Shown piece by piece: positions 1 through 8,690 of a stretch of 64,000 nucleotides of DNA. How positions within the stretch are numbered: position 1 is the first letter of the stretch; each line of letters starts with the position of its first letter. This DNA comes from Actinomycetes bacterium (GTDB lineage: Bacteria; Actinomycetota; Actinomycetes; Prado026): NCBI GenBank assembly GCA_038210415.1, contig JBBQWS010000011.1:1593-65592 (forward strand). The letters are read 5' to 3'. The notes under the pieces are model-generated. The model made no database searches. It was not told the DNA's origin and was given only the letters and a program-made list of their open reading frames with translations. The position numbers were made by a program, and so were the translations under genes.

Positions 1-35
1 GGGCCGTGTCACCACGACCCCTCCTGCTGGGTCGG

Positions 36-137
36 TCAGAGCCACTTCCACCCGGCGCCGACGACCGCGACCAGGGCGATCAGGGAGCTGGCTGCAACGG
101 TGCTGCGAACCACGATTCCTTTGGTGAACTGCGACAT
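36..137 (-). CDS. possible 33-aa hydrophobic micro-protein (speculative)
   Basis: Not in the ORF track (<60 aa). Read by eye on the minus strand: ATG at 137, TGA at 38-36, product MSQFTKGIVVRSTVAASSLIALVAVVGAGWKWL. GAGGGG lies 7 nt upstream, codons are mostly GC3, and there is one hydrophobic helix. It is followed by AGGAGG plus GTG (15/12) of a gene that leaves the window. Confidence 0.2.
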   Translation of the reverse strand: MSQFTKGIVVRSTVAASSLIALVAVVGAGWKWL

Positions 138-342
138 GAGAATTCCCCTCGATCAGATCTACCGGTGCAGCACGAGCGCATCGGGTTCTCCCGGTGAGCT
201 TCCGTCGGGCTGCTTACTCTTAGTGATCGACCGCTACTCAACGCGGTCAATACGCCGAATGCGGGAAGCGCCCTAAGGGCTTTGCACTAGGCGACCGACC
301 GGCCCCTGTCGGGCGCGCGGTCGGCGGGCTAGCCTCTGGAAC

Positions 343-1989
343 GTGGCGGTCATGGGGCAGCGGGCGCGGACGTTGGGTTTCCTCGCGGGCTGCGCGGTGC
401 TGGCACTGGCGGTGGTCGGGCCCGCGCGGGCCGACCCGACCTTCCAGCTCACCGGCACCCTGCGCACGGCCACGGGCGAGCCGGTCTGCGGACAGATCGA
501 CGTCGCCGACCCCGCCAGCGGCACCTCGGTGGGGTCCCCCGTCACCGACGGCACGTTCAGCCTGACCGTCCCCGCGGGCGACGAAGTCGTGACCGTGACC
601 GACGGCGGCTGCCCGACGGCGGGGCTGCCGTCCGGCTGGCAGCTCCCGCCGTTCCCGCTGACCGTGGTGGCCGATTCGTCGCTCGACCTCGCCCTCCCGG
701 GCACGGTGCCGTTGACCCTCACGGTGCTGAGCCCCACCGGGACGCCGGTCGAGGGCGCTGTGGTGACCGGTAGCGACGCGGCCGACCCGTACCTCTCGTC
801 CGTAGGAACGTTGGCGCCGGTGCAAAGCCTGTCCGGCGTCACGGATGCGACCGGCGCGGTGACGCTGCTGGCGTTCGGCGACGCCGACCTCGCCCACCTC
901 GGGATCACCGGCAACCTGTCGGGTGGCCCCGGGTCCGCGCAGATCCAGCACCTGCAGCTCCAGACCGCGAAGAGCCTGCCGGTGGCTCTCGGCCCGGCGG
1001 CGGCGCCACGGGTCTATTCGCCGCCGGGCCCACCCACCACCGTGCTCGCCTTCCCCACCGGGCTCGTGACCGCGCCCAAGGTCAGGGTGAGCTGGCTCGC
1101 TCCCGCGTCGAACGGCGGTTCGCCGATCACCGGGTACGTCGCCACGGCGACGCCGGGCGGCTCGACGGTCGAGTCCTCGCCCACCCTCACCAGCGTGCTC
1201 TTCGCCGGTCTTGACGTGACCACCGAGTACACCTTCTCGGTGGCGGCGGGCAACGCGATCGGCCCCGGTCCGGCCTCCGACCCGAGTGCCGTCGTGGTCC
1301 CCGGCGTGTTCGACACCACGCCGCCGGTCCCCTCGATGACGGGGCCGGCGCTCCCCGTCTCGCTCGGCACGGCCACCGCGGTGACCTGGACCGCCACCGA
1401 CCAGTCCGGGATCGGCTCGTACGACCTCCGCTGGCGGACGGCCCTGGCGGATGGCGTCTTCGGGAGCCTGACCACCAAGGTGCAGCTGACCGCGACGACG
1501 GCGTCCAGCACCAACATGCCGATAGCTGCGGGCACGACGATGTGCTTCTCCGTGCGCGCGAAGGACCGCGCGGGCAACGTCTCGGGCTGGACCGGCGAGC
1601 GGTGCACGACCCGCCCGCTGGACGACCGCGGACTCGTCATCGGCCCAGGCTGGACGCAGACCACGCCCACCAACGCCTACGGGCGGACGCTGTCCACCGG
1701 CGCGCTCGACGCAACCATGGGCCTTTCTGTCACGTCGTTCCAGCAGCTCGTGCTCGTCGCCAACACCTGCCGCACGTGCGGCACGGTGGAGGTATCCGTG
1801 GACGGCGTCGTCATCGGCAGCATCGACACCTACTCGGCCGGATCGAAGGTCGTCCGCAAGGTGCTGCTCACTCTCGTGCCGCTCGACGGGTGGCCCGTGC
1901 ACTCGGGCCCGTTGAGCCTGCGCGTGAGCTCACCGGGCCACGCCGTACAGGTCGACGGGATCGCCCTCGTCGCACCGACGGGTCCTTAG
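343..1989 (+). CDS. secreted protein with fibronectin type III-like repeats
   Basis: GTG 343 (alt ATG 352). Signal-like N-terminus MAVMGQRARTLGFLAGCAVLALAVVGPARA. FN3-like segments, e.g. VSWLAPASNGGSPITGY...EYTFSVAAGNAIGPGP and a second one around TWTATDQSGIGSYDLRW. GC3-rich frame. Confidence 0.75.
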   Translation: MAVMGQRARTLGFLAGCAVLALAVVGPARADPTFQLTGTLRTATGEPVCGQIDVADPASGTSVGSPVTDGTFSLTVPAGDEVVTVTDGGCPTAGLPSGWQLPPFPLTVVADSSLDLALPGTVPLTLTVLSPTGTPVEGAVVTGSDAADPYLSSVGTLAPVQSLSGVTDATGAVTLLAFGDADLAHLGITGNLSGGPGSAQIQHLQLQTAKSLPVALGPAAAPRVYSPPGPPTTVLAFPTGLVTAPKVRVSWLAPASNGGSPITGYVATATPGGSTVESSPTLTSVLFAGLDVTTEYTFSVAAGNAIGPGPASDPSAVVVPGVFDTTPPVPSMTGPALPVSLGTATAVTWTATDQSGIGSYDLRWRTALADGVFGSLTTKVQLTATTASSTNMPIAAGTTMCFSVRAKDRAGNVSGWTGERCTTRPLDDRGLVIGPGWTQTTPTNAYGRTLSTGALDATMGLSVTSFQQLVLVANTCRTCGTVEVSVDGVVIGSIDTYSAGSKVVRKVLLTLVPLDGWPVHSGPLSLRVSSPGHAVQVDGIALVAPTGP

Positions 1990-2006
1990 CCGCATAGGGT
2001 CGGAGC

Positions 2007-3119
2007 ATGACGCTCGACGTCCGACCCATCAGCGCGGCCGACCTGCTCGACTTCGTCGGGTCGCGCTCGGGCAGCTTTCTCCAGCTGCCTTCGTGGGCGG
2101 GCGTCAAGGCCGAGTGGCTGCACGAAAGGCTCGGCTGGTTCGACGACGACAAGCTCGTCGGTACCGCTCTCGTGCTGCTACGGCAGACCCCTCGGCTCAA
2201 GCGCTACCTCGCGTACATCCCTGAGGGCCCGGTCATCGACTGGAACGCGTACGACACCGCAGCCGTCCTGCAGCCGTTGCTCGACTGCCTCAAGCGCCGT
2301 CATGTCTTCACGGTGAAGATGGGCCCTCAGGCCGTAGTCCGGACCTGGCAGGCCGACACGATCAAGACAGCCATCGCTGACGGGGGAGCAGAGCGGCTGC
2401 TGGAGCTCACCCCCGATACGACCGACCCGGCCGCGATCGCCCTCGGCGACCGGCTCCGGGACCTGGGTTGGCTGCAGGCCACCGGCAACGGAGCCGGCTT
2501 CGGCGACTTCCAACCCAGGTACGTCTTCCAGGTGCCGCTCGCGGGGCGCACCCTCGACGACGTACTGGGCGGCTTCAACCAGCTGTGGCGCCGCAACATC
2601 AAGAAGGCGGCCAAGGCTGGCGTCGGCGTCAGCCAAGGCGGGTACGACGACCTCGCCGACTTCCACGCGCTGTACGTGGAGACCGCTGGCCGCGACCGGT
2701 TCACGCCGCGTCCGCTGCACTACTTCCAGCGGATGTGGACTGTCATGCGCGACGAGGACCCGGACCGGATCCGGCTGTACCTCGCCCATCGCGAGGGTGA
2801 GCTGCTCGCTGCCACCACCTGGGTCCGCGTGGGCAGTCACGTCTGGTACTCCTACGGTGCCTCGAGCACGCAGGGCCGCGAGCACCGCGGCAGCAACGCC
2901 GTGCAGTGGCAGATGATCGCCGACGCGCACGCGGCCGGCGCCGACGTCTACGACCTGCGCGGGATCTCCGACACGCTCGACCCCGACGACCACTTGTTCG
3001 GGCTGATCCAGTTCAAGCTCGGCACCGGGGGCTCGGCCGTCGAGTACCTCGGTGAGTGGGACTTCCCGCTGTCACCCGTCCTGCACCGAGCTTTCACGAT
3101 GTACCTGAACCGCCGCTAG
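2007..3119 (+). CDS. FemA/FemB/FemX-family peptidoglycan bridge-forming aminoacyl/glycyl transferase
   Basis: ATG 2007, 370 aa. Length and sequence pattern (YLAYIPEGPVIDW, WYSYGASS..EHRGSNAVQWQMI) match my memory of the FemAB family. Sits in a cell-wall gene neighbourhood. Confidence 0.7.
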   Translation: MTLDVRPISAADLLDFVGSRSGSFLQLPSWAGVKAEWLHERLGWFDDDKLVGTALVLLRQTPRLKRYLAYIPEGPVIDWNAYDTAAVLQPLLDCLKRRHVFTVKMGPQAVVRTWQADTIKTAIADGGAERLLELTPDTTDPAAIALGDRLRDLGWLQATGNGAGFGDFQPRYVFQVPLAGRTLDDVLGGFNQLWRRNIKKAAKAGVGVSQGGYDDLADFHALYVETAGRDRFTPRPLHYFQRMWTVMRDEDPDRIRLYLAHREGELLAATTWVRVGSHVWYSYGASSTQGREHRGSNAVQWQMIADAHAAGADVYDLRGISDTLDPDDHLFGLIQFKLGTGGSAVEYLGEWDFPLSPVLHRAFTMYLNRR

Positions 3120-3153
3120 TCCACCGATCGACCGCAGAGATGCCGAGGTACTC

Positions 3154-4182
3154 ATGCTGAGCCTGCACGTCGATGCTCCACGCTGGCGGGCCCACGCTGA
3201 CGCCGTGCTCCTCGGGACGCCCGGGCTCGTACCGGTCATCAAGGGGAACGGCTACGGCTTCGGGCGCCCGGTGCTCGCCGCGGAGGCCGCCCGCCTGGGT
3301 GTCCCTACCGTCGCGGTGGGTCAGGCCGCCGAGATCGCCGACGTCCGGCCGGCGTTCGACGGCGACATCCTGGTCATGCAGCCCGAGCTGCCCGGAGCGG
3401 GCGCGCCCGGGGCCGACGACCGGGTGCTGCGCACGGCCGCGACCCTGGAGGCCGTACGGACGCTGGCCGGACAGCGCGTCGTCGTCGAGGTCCTCACGTC
3501 GATGCAGCGGTTCGGGCTCACCGACGTCGAGCTCGGCCAGCTCGCCGACCTGCTACCGAGCATCCGGTTCGAGGGCGTGGCGCTGCACCTGCCGATCGAC
3601 GCGGGCGCGGTCGGCCGGGTCGCTGAGGTCGACGACCGGCTGGCCACGTTGCGCGCCGCGAACATCCCGATCGGCACCCTCTGGGTCAGCCACCTCACCG
3701 ACGCCGAGCTCGGCCGGGTCGCGGCGGCCCACCCCGACGTCGCGTTCCGGTCCAGGATCGGCACCCGCCTGTGGCTCGGGGAGCGCACGGCGGCCCAGGC
3801 CCGGTCGACGGTCCTGGCGGCGCACCGGCTGCGCAAGGGCCAGCGCTTCGGGTACCGGCAGCACAAGGCTCCCCGCGACGGCATTCTCCTGGTCGTCGGC
3901 GGCGGCACCGCCAACGGCGTCGCCCTGTCGGCGCCCAGCCCGGCGCAAGGGATCACCCAACGAGTCAAGGTCGCGGCCATCGGCACGCTTGAGGCAGTCG
4001 GGCGCAGCCTCTCCCCGTTCCATGTCGACGGGTCGCAACGCTGGTTCGCCGAGCCGCCGCACATGCAGGTCTCGATGCTCTGGCTGCCGGACGGGGTCGT
4101 CGTACCTGCCGTCGGCAGCGAGATCGACGTCGACGTCAGGATGACCACGTCGACGTTCGACGAGGTGCTGCTCGAGGACTAG
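3154..4182 (+). CDS. alanine racemase-like PLP-dependent enzyme (paralog-type, substrate unknown)
   Basis: 342 aa. VIKGNGYGFG resembles the PLP-lysine motif VVKANAYGHG of Alr. SMQRFGL resembles GMNRLG. A GY-containing segment RFGYRQH lies near the expected catalytic Tyr. Confidence 0.7.
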   Translation: MLSLHVDAPRWRAHADAVLLGTPGLVPVIKGNGYGFGRPVLAAEAARLGVPTVAVGQAAEIADVRPAFDGDILVMQPELPGAGAPGADDRVLRTAATLEAVRTLAGQRVVVEVLTSMQRFGLTDVELGQLADLLPSIRFEGVALHLPIDAGAVGRVAEVDDRLATLRAANIPIGTLWVSHLTDAELGRVAAAHPDVAFRSRIGTRLWLGERTAAQARSTVLAAHRLRKGQRFGYRQHKAPRDGILLVVGGGTANGVALSAPSPAQGITQRVKVAAIGTLEAVGRSLSPFHVDGSQRWFAEPPHMQVSMLWLPDGVVVPAVGSEIDVDVRMTTSTFDEVLLED

Positions 4183-5585
4183 TCGCCCGAGGCGGACCCC
4201 ACGGTGGTCAACGCCTCGCGCAACGGCGTGTGCCGCAGGTCAGGCGCGCCGTCGAGCACCCCGCCGGCCGGGTCGTCCGAACCATCCGCTCGGATCGGGT
4301 CGTGCTCGGGCCGCAGGATGTCGCGGACGATCACGCCGCAGACCCACAGGGTGGTCGCGATGCGAAGGAACGTCGCGCCCGTGTGGGTCCACTCGGGGAT
4401 GCCGAGGTCCGGGTTGGACAGCCCTTCCAGGTGCCACCAAACGGCGACGAAGTAGACGACCTCGCCGGTCTGCCAGATCATCCAGTCACGCCAGCGCGGC
4501 CGGGCGAGCGGGAAGAGGGCCAGCAGCCACAGCACGTACTGCGGTGAGTAGACCTTGTTCGTGATGAGGAAGGCCGCGATCGCGAGAAAGCACAGCTGCC
4601 ACAGCCGAGGCCGCCGCGGTGCGAACAGGGCCAGCCCGGCGATCGCCACGCAGAGCACCACGAACGAACCGCTCGCGACGGTGTTGAGCGATGACTGCTG
4701 GATGTAGAAGCCGGAGCGGTCGAGGGCGTACCAAGGTGAGCCGAAGCCGGCCTCGCGGTTCTGCGAGAACGTGTAGAACAGGCCCCAGCCGTCCGGCCAC
4801 GCGAGCCGCACGGGCAGGTTGACCGCGACCCAGCTGGCGGCCGTCGCGACGAGCAGCCGACCATACGGACGCAGCTGGCCGCTGCGGAAGCACAGCAGGA
4901 AGAGCGGCCCCAGCAGCACGAGCGGGTAGAACTTCGCCGCCACCGCGAGCCCCAGCAGCACCCCCGCGAGCACGGGTCGACGCCGCGCCCACGCGAGTCC
5001 GAAGCCGGCGGTGAGCGCCACCGCTGGCAGGTCCCAGTTGATGTACGCGGCCAGCAGCAGGCTCGGTGCCACCGCGAACATGGCGGCGTCCCACGGGCGC
5101 CGGCCGGCGGTACGGGCGATCAGCCAGGTGGTCGCGAGGGCGCAGGCCGCGAGCAACAGGACGGTCAGGTCGAAGAAGGTCCGGCTACGGTCGACCTCGT
5201 CCTGGTCGCCCTGGACGACGTGGGTGATCCAACCGACCACGGCGATCACGGCCCCGCTGAGCACGGGGTACTCCAGCGCCGGGTGGTCCACGTCGGGCGA
5301 GGAGTATGGGGAGCCGCCGTTGACCAGGTCGCCGCGGCTGCGGTAGAGGAAGGCGATGTCGGAGTAGCACAGGTGCGGGTAGATGCCGTCTCCGGTCCAG
5401 GCCTCGGCCCGGCAGGGCTGCTTGGCCAGCAGGCCGAGGGCACAGACCAGCGTCGTGAGGATCAGCAGCACCGCCATCACCCGGGACGTGCCCGGGCGGA
5501 TCCGACGTCCGGCCGGCCCGCCCAGCCCGGCGCTGGCCGCGGCGACCACCGGGTCGTCCTGCGACGGCCACACCAGGTCGGTCAC
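4179..5585 (-). CDS. polytopic membrane protein, GT-C/DUF2029 (GT87-like) glycosyltransferase candidate
   Basis: Stop at 4179. Preferred start GTG 5585 is in frame, lies 14 nt past the PBP stop, and has AAGGGGAG about 7 nt upstream. The ORF-track start 5681 would overlap the PBP 3' end by 83 nt. There are many hydrophobic segments. From memory, it resembles the conserved membrane protein found next to ponA in other actinobacteria. Confidence 0.65.
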   Translation of the reverse strand: MTDLVWPSQDDPVVAAASAGLGGPAGRRIRPGTSRVMAVLLILTTLVCALGLLAKQPCRAEAWTGDGIYPHLCYSDIAFLYRSRGDLVNGGSPYSSPDVDHPALEYPVLSGAVIAVVGWITHVVQGDQDEVDRSRTFFDLTVLLLAACALATTWLIARTAGRRPWDAAMFAVAPSLLLAAYINWDLPAVALTAGFGLAWARRRPVLAGVLLGLAVAAKFYPLVLLGPLFLLCFRSGQLRPYGRLLVATAASWVAVNLPVRLAWPDGWGLFYTFSQNREAGFGSPWYALDRSGFYIQQSSLNTVASGSFVVLCVAIAGLALFAPRRPRLWQLCFLAIAAFLITNKVYSPQYVLWLLALFPLARPRWRDWMIWQTGEVVYFVAVWWHLEGLSNPDLGIPEWTHTGATFLRIATTLWVCGVIVRDILRPEHDPIRADGSDDPAGGVLDGAPDLRHTPLREALTTVGSASGD

Positions 5586-5598
5586 GGCCCCACTCCCC

Positions 5599-7947
5599 TT
5601 ACGGCGCTGCACCCGAGCGGCTGCCACCGGGCGCAAGGATGCCATCCGCGGGAGCCAACGCGCGCGACCTGACTGGCGCACGCGCAGGTGTCGCGCCTGC
5701 GGGGACCGAAGGGGACGGGCTCGGGGTGGGGCTGCTGCTCGGCGGAACGCTCGGGCTGACCGATGGGGTGGGGCTAGGGCTGGGCGTCGGGGATGAGCTG
5801 GGCGTCGGGCTCGGGGTGAGCGACTGGGTAGGAGTCGCCGACGGCGACGCCGAGGTCGCGGGGACGCTCGGGGTCGGGAAGGGCAACACCTTCTGGTCCT
5901 TGAGGGCGCTCTTCGTGTACGCGGTCCACACCGCGGCCGGGAAGCCGCCGCCGGTGACTGCGTGGTTCGGGTCCGAGCTCCCGACCCCCCGCATCGACTG
6001 GTTGGACTTGCCGTCCGGCGTCGGCTTGAACATGTTCACGGCGGTGGCAAGCTGCGGGGTGTACCCGACGAACCAGGCGGACACGTTGTTGTTGGTCGTC
6101 CCCGTCTTGCCGGCGGCCGGCCGGCCGAGGCCCTGCGCCCGGAACCCGGACCCTTGCGTGACGACGCCTTGCAGGGCGATGTCGACGTTGGCCACGACGT
6201 CCTGGTCGATCGTGCGGGTCGGTTTCGGCTGCAGCTCGTACAGGAGGCCGCCGTTGGACCCCACGACCTTGGCCAGCGAGGTCGGCGTGGTGTGCAGCCC
6301 GCCGGACGCGAACGTCGCGTACGCGGCAGCCATGTCGAGGGCCGTCGGCGAAGCGGTGCCCAGCGTCGCGGTCAGGTTGTCCGCGATGGCGACGTCGTCG
6401 GGTACCCCGGCCCGTCGGGCCGCGTCGACGACCTTCGAGGGACCGACCTGCGGTTGGTTCTCCACGTCGACGAACACCGTGTTGACCGAGCTGGCGGTGG
6501 CCTTGGCGAGCGTGATCCGGCCGAACGACTCGCCCCCGAAGTTGGGCACGGTGTAGGTTCCGGAGCCGTCCGGCTTGACGAAGGTCCGGGGGCTGTGGCC
6601 GTCCCACGTGGAGTCGAGCGTGATGCCGTTCTCGAGCGCGGCGACCAGGGTGAACGGCTTGAAGGTCGAACCGGCCTGGGCGATGCTCTGCGTCGCGTCG
6701 TTGGAGAACTGGGGGCGACCGTAGTCGGCCCCGCCGTACATCGCGACGATGCCGCCGGTCTGCGGGTTGATCGAGGCCAGGCCCATCCGGACACCCTTGG
6801 CGTTCTTGGTCGGCCGCTGGGTGTTGACGGCGTTGATGGCGGCGGCCTCGGCGTTCTTGTCGAACGTCGTCGTCACCCGCAGGCCCTGGTTGTTGAGGTC
6901 GTCCTGGCTGAAGCCCTGTCGGTCGAGCTCGGCCTTGACGTACGCGACGAGGTAGCCGGCCGGGCCACCGGTGCGCGAAGCCGGCTGTCGCGGCAAGATC
7001 TTCGGGAAGACCAGGCCGGCCCGCTGCACCGGCGTGAGCCAGCCCAGGGTGGTCTGCGCGTCGAGCGTCGTCGCCCAACGGCCCTTGAGCTTGTCGAGGT
7101 GGTTCTCCGGCGAGTACCCGCCCGGCGAGCGGATGATCGACGCGAGCACCGCGCCCTGTGCGGTCGTGAGCTGCGAGGCATGGACGCCGAAGTAGGCCCG
7201 CGCGGCCGATTCGAGGCCGTACGCCCCGCGACCGAAGTAGATGGTGTTCAGGTAGTCCTCGAGGATCTGGTCCTTCGACAGCTCCTGCTCGATCTTCACC
7301 GACACGATGAACTCGTTGACCTTGCGGGTGATCGTGCGGTCCTGGGTCAGGTAGTAGTTCTTCACGAGCTGCTGGGTGATCGTCGAGCCGCCCTGCTGCG
7401 ACCCGCCCATCACGTTGTTCCAGAAGGCGCGTGCGATCCCCGTGATCGAGACCCCGCCGTGCTCGTAGAACTGGTGGTCCTCCGCAGCCAGGACCGAGTG
7501 CCGGGTGTTGATCGGCATCTGCGCGAGCGGGATCGAGGTGCGGTTGGCGCCACCGAAGCGGCCCAGCTCGGTGCGGCCGTCGGCGTAGTAGAGGACGGTG
7601 GACTGCTGCAAAGCCTGGTCGTTCGGCTTAGGGACGTCGATGGTGACGTAGAGGTACGCGAACGCAGCCACCGCGAGCGTGACGCCGAGGCCACCGAGGC
7701 CGAGCAGTTGCCGCCACGACGGTACGAACCGGCGCGCGCCGGACTTGCCCGTTCGGGGGTAGTCGATCCGCACAGGCGGGGTTCCTTCGATGCTGGGGGA
7801 GACGCTGGTCGTCGTCCTCGACGCGTACGAGAGGACGTACGAGCGGGGCAAGTGGTTCCATGCGCAGCGTAGGCACAGGCGCATCTGGGGTCGGTCCGGA
7901 CCCGGACAGCACGACACCCCAGGGTCCCCAGTTTGCTTGCCGGACAT
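5599..7947 (-). CDS. ponA: class A penicillin-binding protein (transglycosylase/transpeptidase) with Pro/Ser/Thr-rich C-terminal tail
   Basis: Motifs EDHQFYEHGG (glycosyltransferase), GSTFKP (SxxK), SSVN (SxN) and KTGTT. TM anchor LLGLGGLGVTLAVAAFAYLYV. Start ATG 7947 was chosen because the ORF-track start 8505 runs through the divergent PadR gene; a later GTG is possible. Confidence 0.9.
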   Translation of the reverse strand: MSGKQTGDPGVSCCPGPDRPQMRLCLRCAWNHLPRSYVLSYASRTTTSVSPSIEGTPPVRIDYPRTGKSGARRFVPSWRQLLGLGGLGVTLAVAAFAYLYVTIDVPKPNDQALQQSTVLYYADGRTELGRFGGANRTSIPLAQMPINTRHSVLAAEDHQFYEHGGVSITGIARAFWNNVMGGSQQGGSTITQQLVKNYYLTQDRTITRKVNEFIVSVKIEQELSKDQILEDYLNTIYFGRGAYGLESAARAYFGVHASQLTTAQGAVLASIIRSPGGYSPENHLDKLKGRWATTLDAQTTLGWLTPVQRAGLVFPKILPRQPASRTGGPAGYLVAYVKAELDRQGFSQDDLNNQGLRVTTTFDKNAEAAAINAVNTQRPTKNAKGVRMGLASINPQTGGIVAMYGGADYGRPQFSNDATQSIAQAGSTFKPFTLVAALENGITLDSTWDGHSPRTFVKPDGSGTYTVPNFGGESFGRITLAKATASSVNTVFVDVENQPQVGPSKVVDAARRAGVPDDVAIADNLTATLGTASPTALDMAAAYATFASGGLHTTPTSLAKVVGSNGGLLYELQPKPTRTIDQDVVANVDIALQGVVTQGSGFRAQGLGRPAAGKTGTTNNNVSAWFVGYTPQLATAVNMFKPTPDGKSNQSMRGVGSSDPNHAVTGGGFPAAVWTAYTKSALKDQKVLPFPTPSVPATSASPSATPTQSLTPSPTPSSSPTPSPSPTPSVSPSVPPSSSPTPSPSPSVPAGATPARAPVRSRALAPADGILAPGGSRSGAAP

Positions 7948-8022
7948 CTGCCGTCTATCGTCGCTGATATATCGAGTCGATACATCCAGTCGGCCTAGCG
8001 GTAGCCGTAGCGGAGGAACCTC
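7948..8022. promoter_or_regulatory. divergent ponA / padR-ino1 promoter region with AT-rich palindromes
   Basis: This is the only AT-rich patch locally: ctatcgtcgctGATATATCgagtcgatacat. It contains the 8-bp palindrome GATATATC, ATCGA-g-TCGAT, and outer arms TATCG (7956-7960) / CGATA (7978-7982). GGAGG precedes the padR ATG. Confidence 0.3.
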
Positions 8023-8685
8023 ATGAGCAGGAAGACCGGCGTGCTGGAGCTCGCCGTCCTCGGCCTGCTGCACGAGTCCCCGATGCACGGCTACGAGCTC
8101 CGCAAGCGCCTCAACACGGTGCTCGGCTCGTTCCGGGCCTTCTCGTACGGGTCGCTCTACCCCTGTCTCAAGGACATGCTTGCGGCCGGCCTCATCGTCG
8201 AAGAGGCGCCCGAGCTCGTCGCGGCCTCCGCGCACGCCGGCCGTCGCTCGAAGATCGTCTACAAGCTGACGGCCGAAGGCAAGGAGCGGTTCGGGGAGCT
8301 GCTCTCCGACGCCGGCCCCGCCGCCTGGGACGACGAGAACTTCGGCGTCCACCTGGCGTTCTTCGGCCAGACCGACGCCGACGTGCGGCTGCGGATCCTC
8401 GAAGGTCGGCGCAGCCGGCTCGAGGAGCGAGTCGACACCCTGCGCCAGTCGGTCGCCCGCACCCGCGAGCGGGTCGACTCCTACACCCTCGAGCTCCAGC
8501 GCCACGGCCTGGAGTCGGTCGAGCGCGAAGTCCGCTGGCTGGGCGAGCTGATCGGCGCCGAGCGCGCCGGCCGCGGACCCGGCACGCCCCCCAGCATCAA
8601 CCCCGATGCCAGCAGAAAACCCAATACCAGCAGCAGCAGCACGGTAGACCGGGCCCTCCCGGGTACCACCACGGAGAAGGAGTAA
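8023..8685 (+). CDS. PadR-family transcriptional regulator
   Basis: N-terminus [35 protein letters not shown] is the typical PadR winged helix. The PadR-ino1 pairing is conserved in actinobacteria (memory). Confidence 0.85.
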   Translation: MSRKTGVLELAVLGLLHESPMHGYELRKRLNTVLGSFRAFSYGSLYPCLKDMLAAGLIVEEAPELVAASAHAGRRSKIVYKLTAEGKERFGELLSDAGPAAWDDENFGVHLAFFGQTDADVRLRILEGRRSRLEERVDTLRQSVARTRERVDSYTLELQRHGLESVEREVRWLGELIGAERAGRGPGTPPSINPDASRKPNTSSSSTVDRALPGTTTEKE

Positions 8686-8690
8686 CCGGA

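Noticed and set aside
247-1902. 551-aa minus-strand ORF opposite the FN3 protein gene; many other 60-430-aa Arg/Pro/Gly-rich ORFs throughout the track
   Set aside because: They are shadow frames of genuine genes in GC-rich DNA. None shows a recognisable motif, and each overlaps a better-supported gene.
5599-8505. 968-aa version of the PBP ORF (and similar long N-terminal extensions of 12587-14284, 14474-16594, 18778-20970, 38725-39885)
   Set aside because: The extensions run through neighbouring well-supported genes (padR, the second permease, the SIS gene, deoR, rsmG). They lack protein-like sequence, and internal starts with SD motifs or ATGA/GTGA coupling give canonical N-termini.
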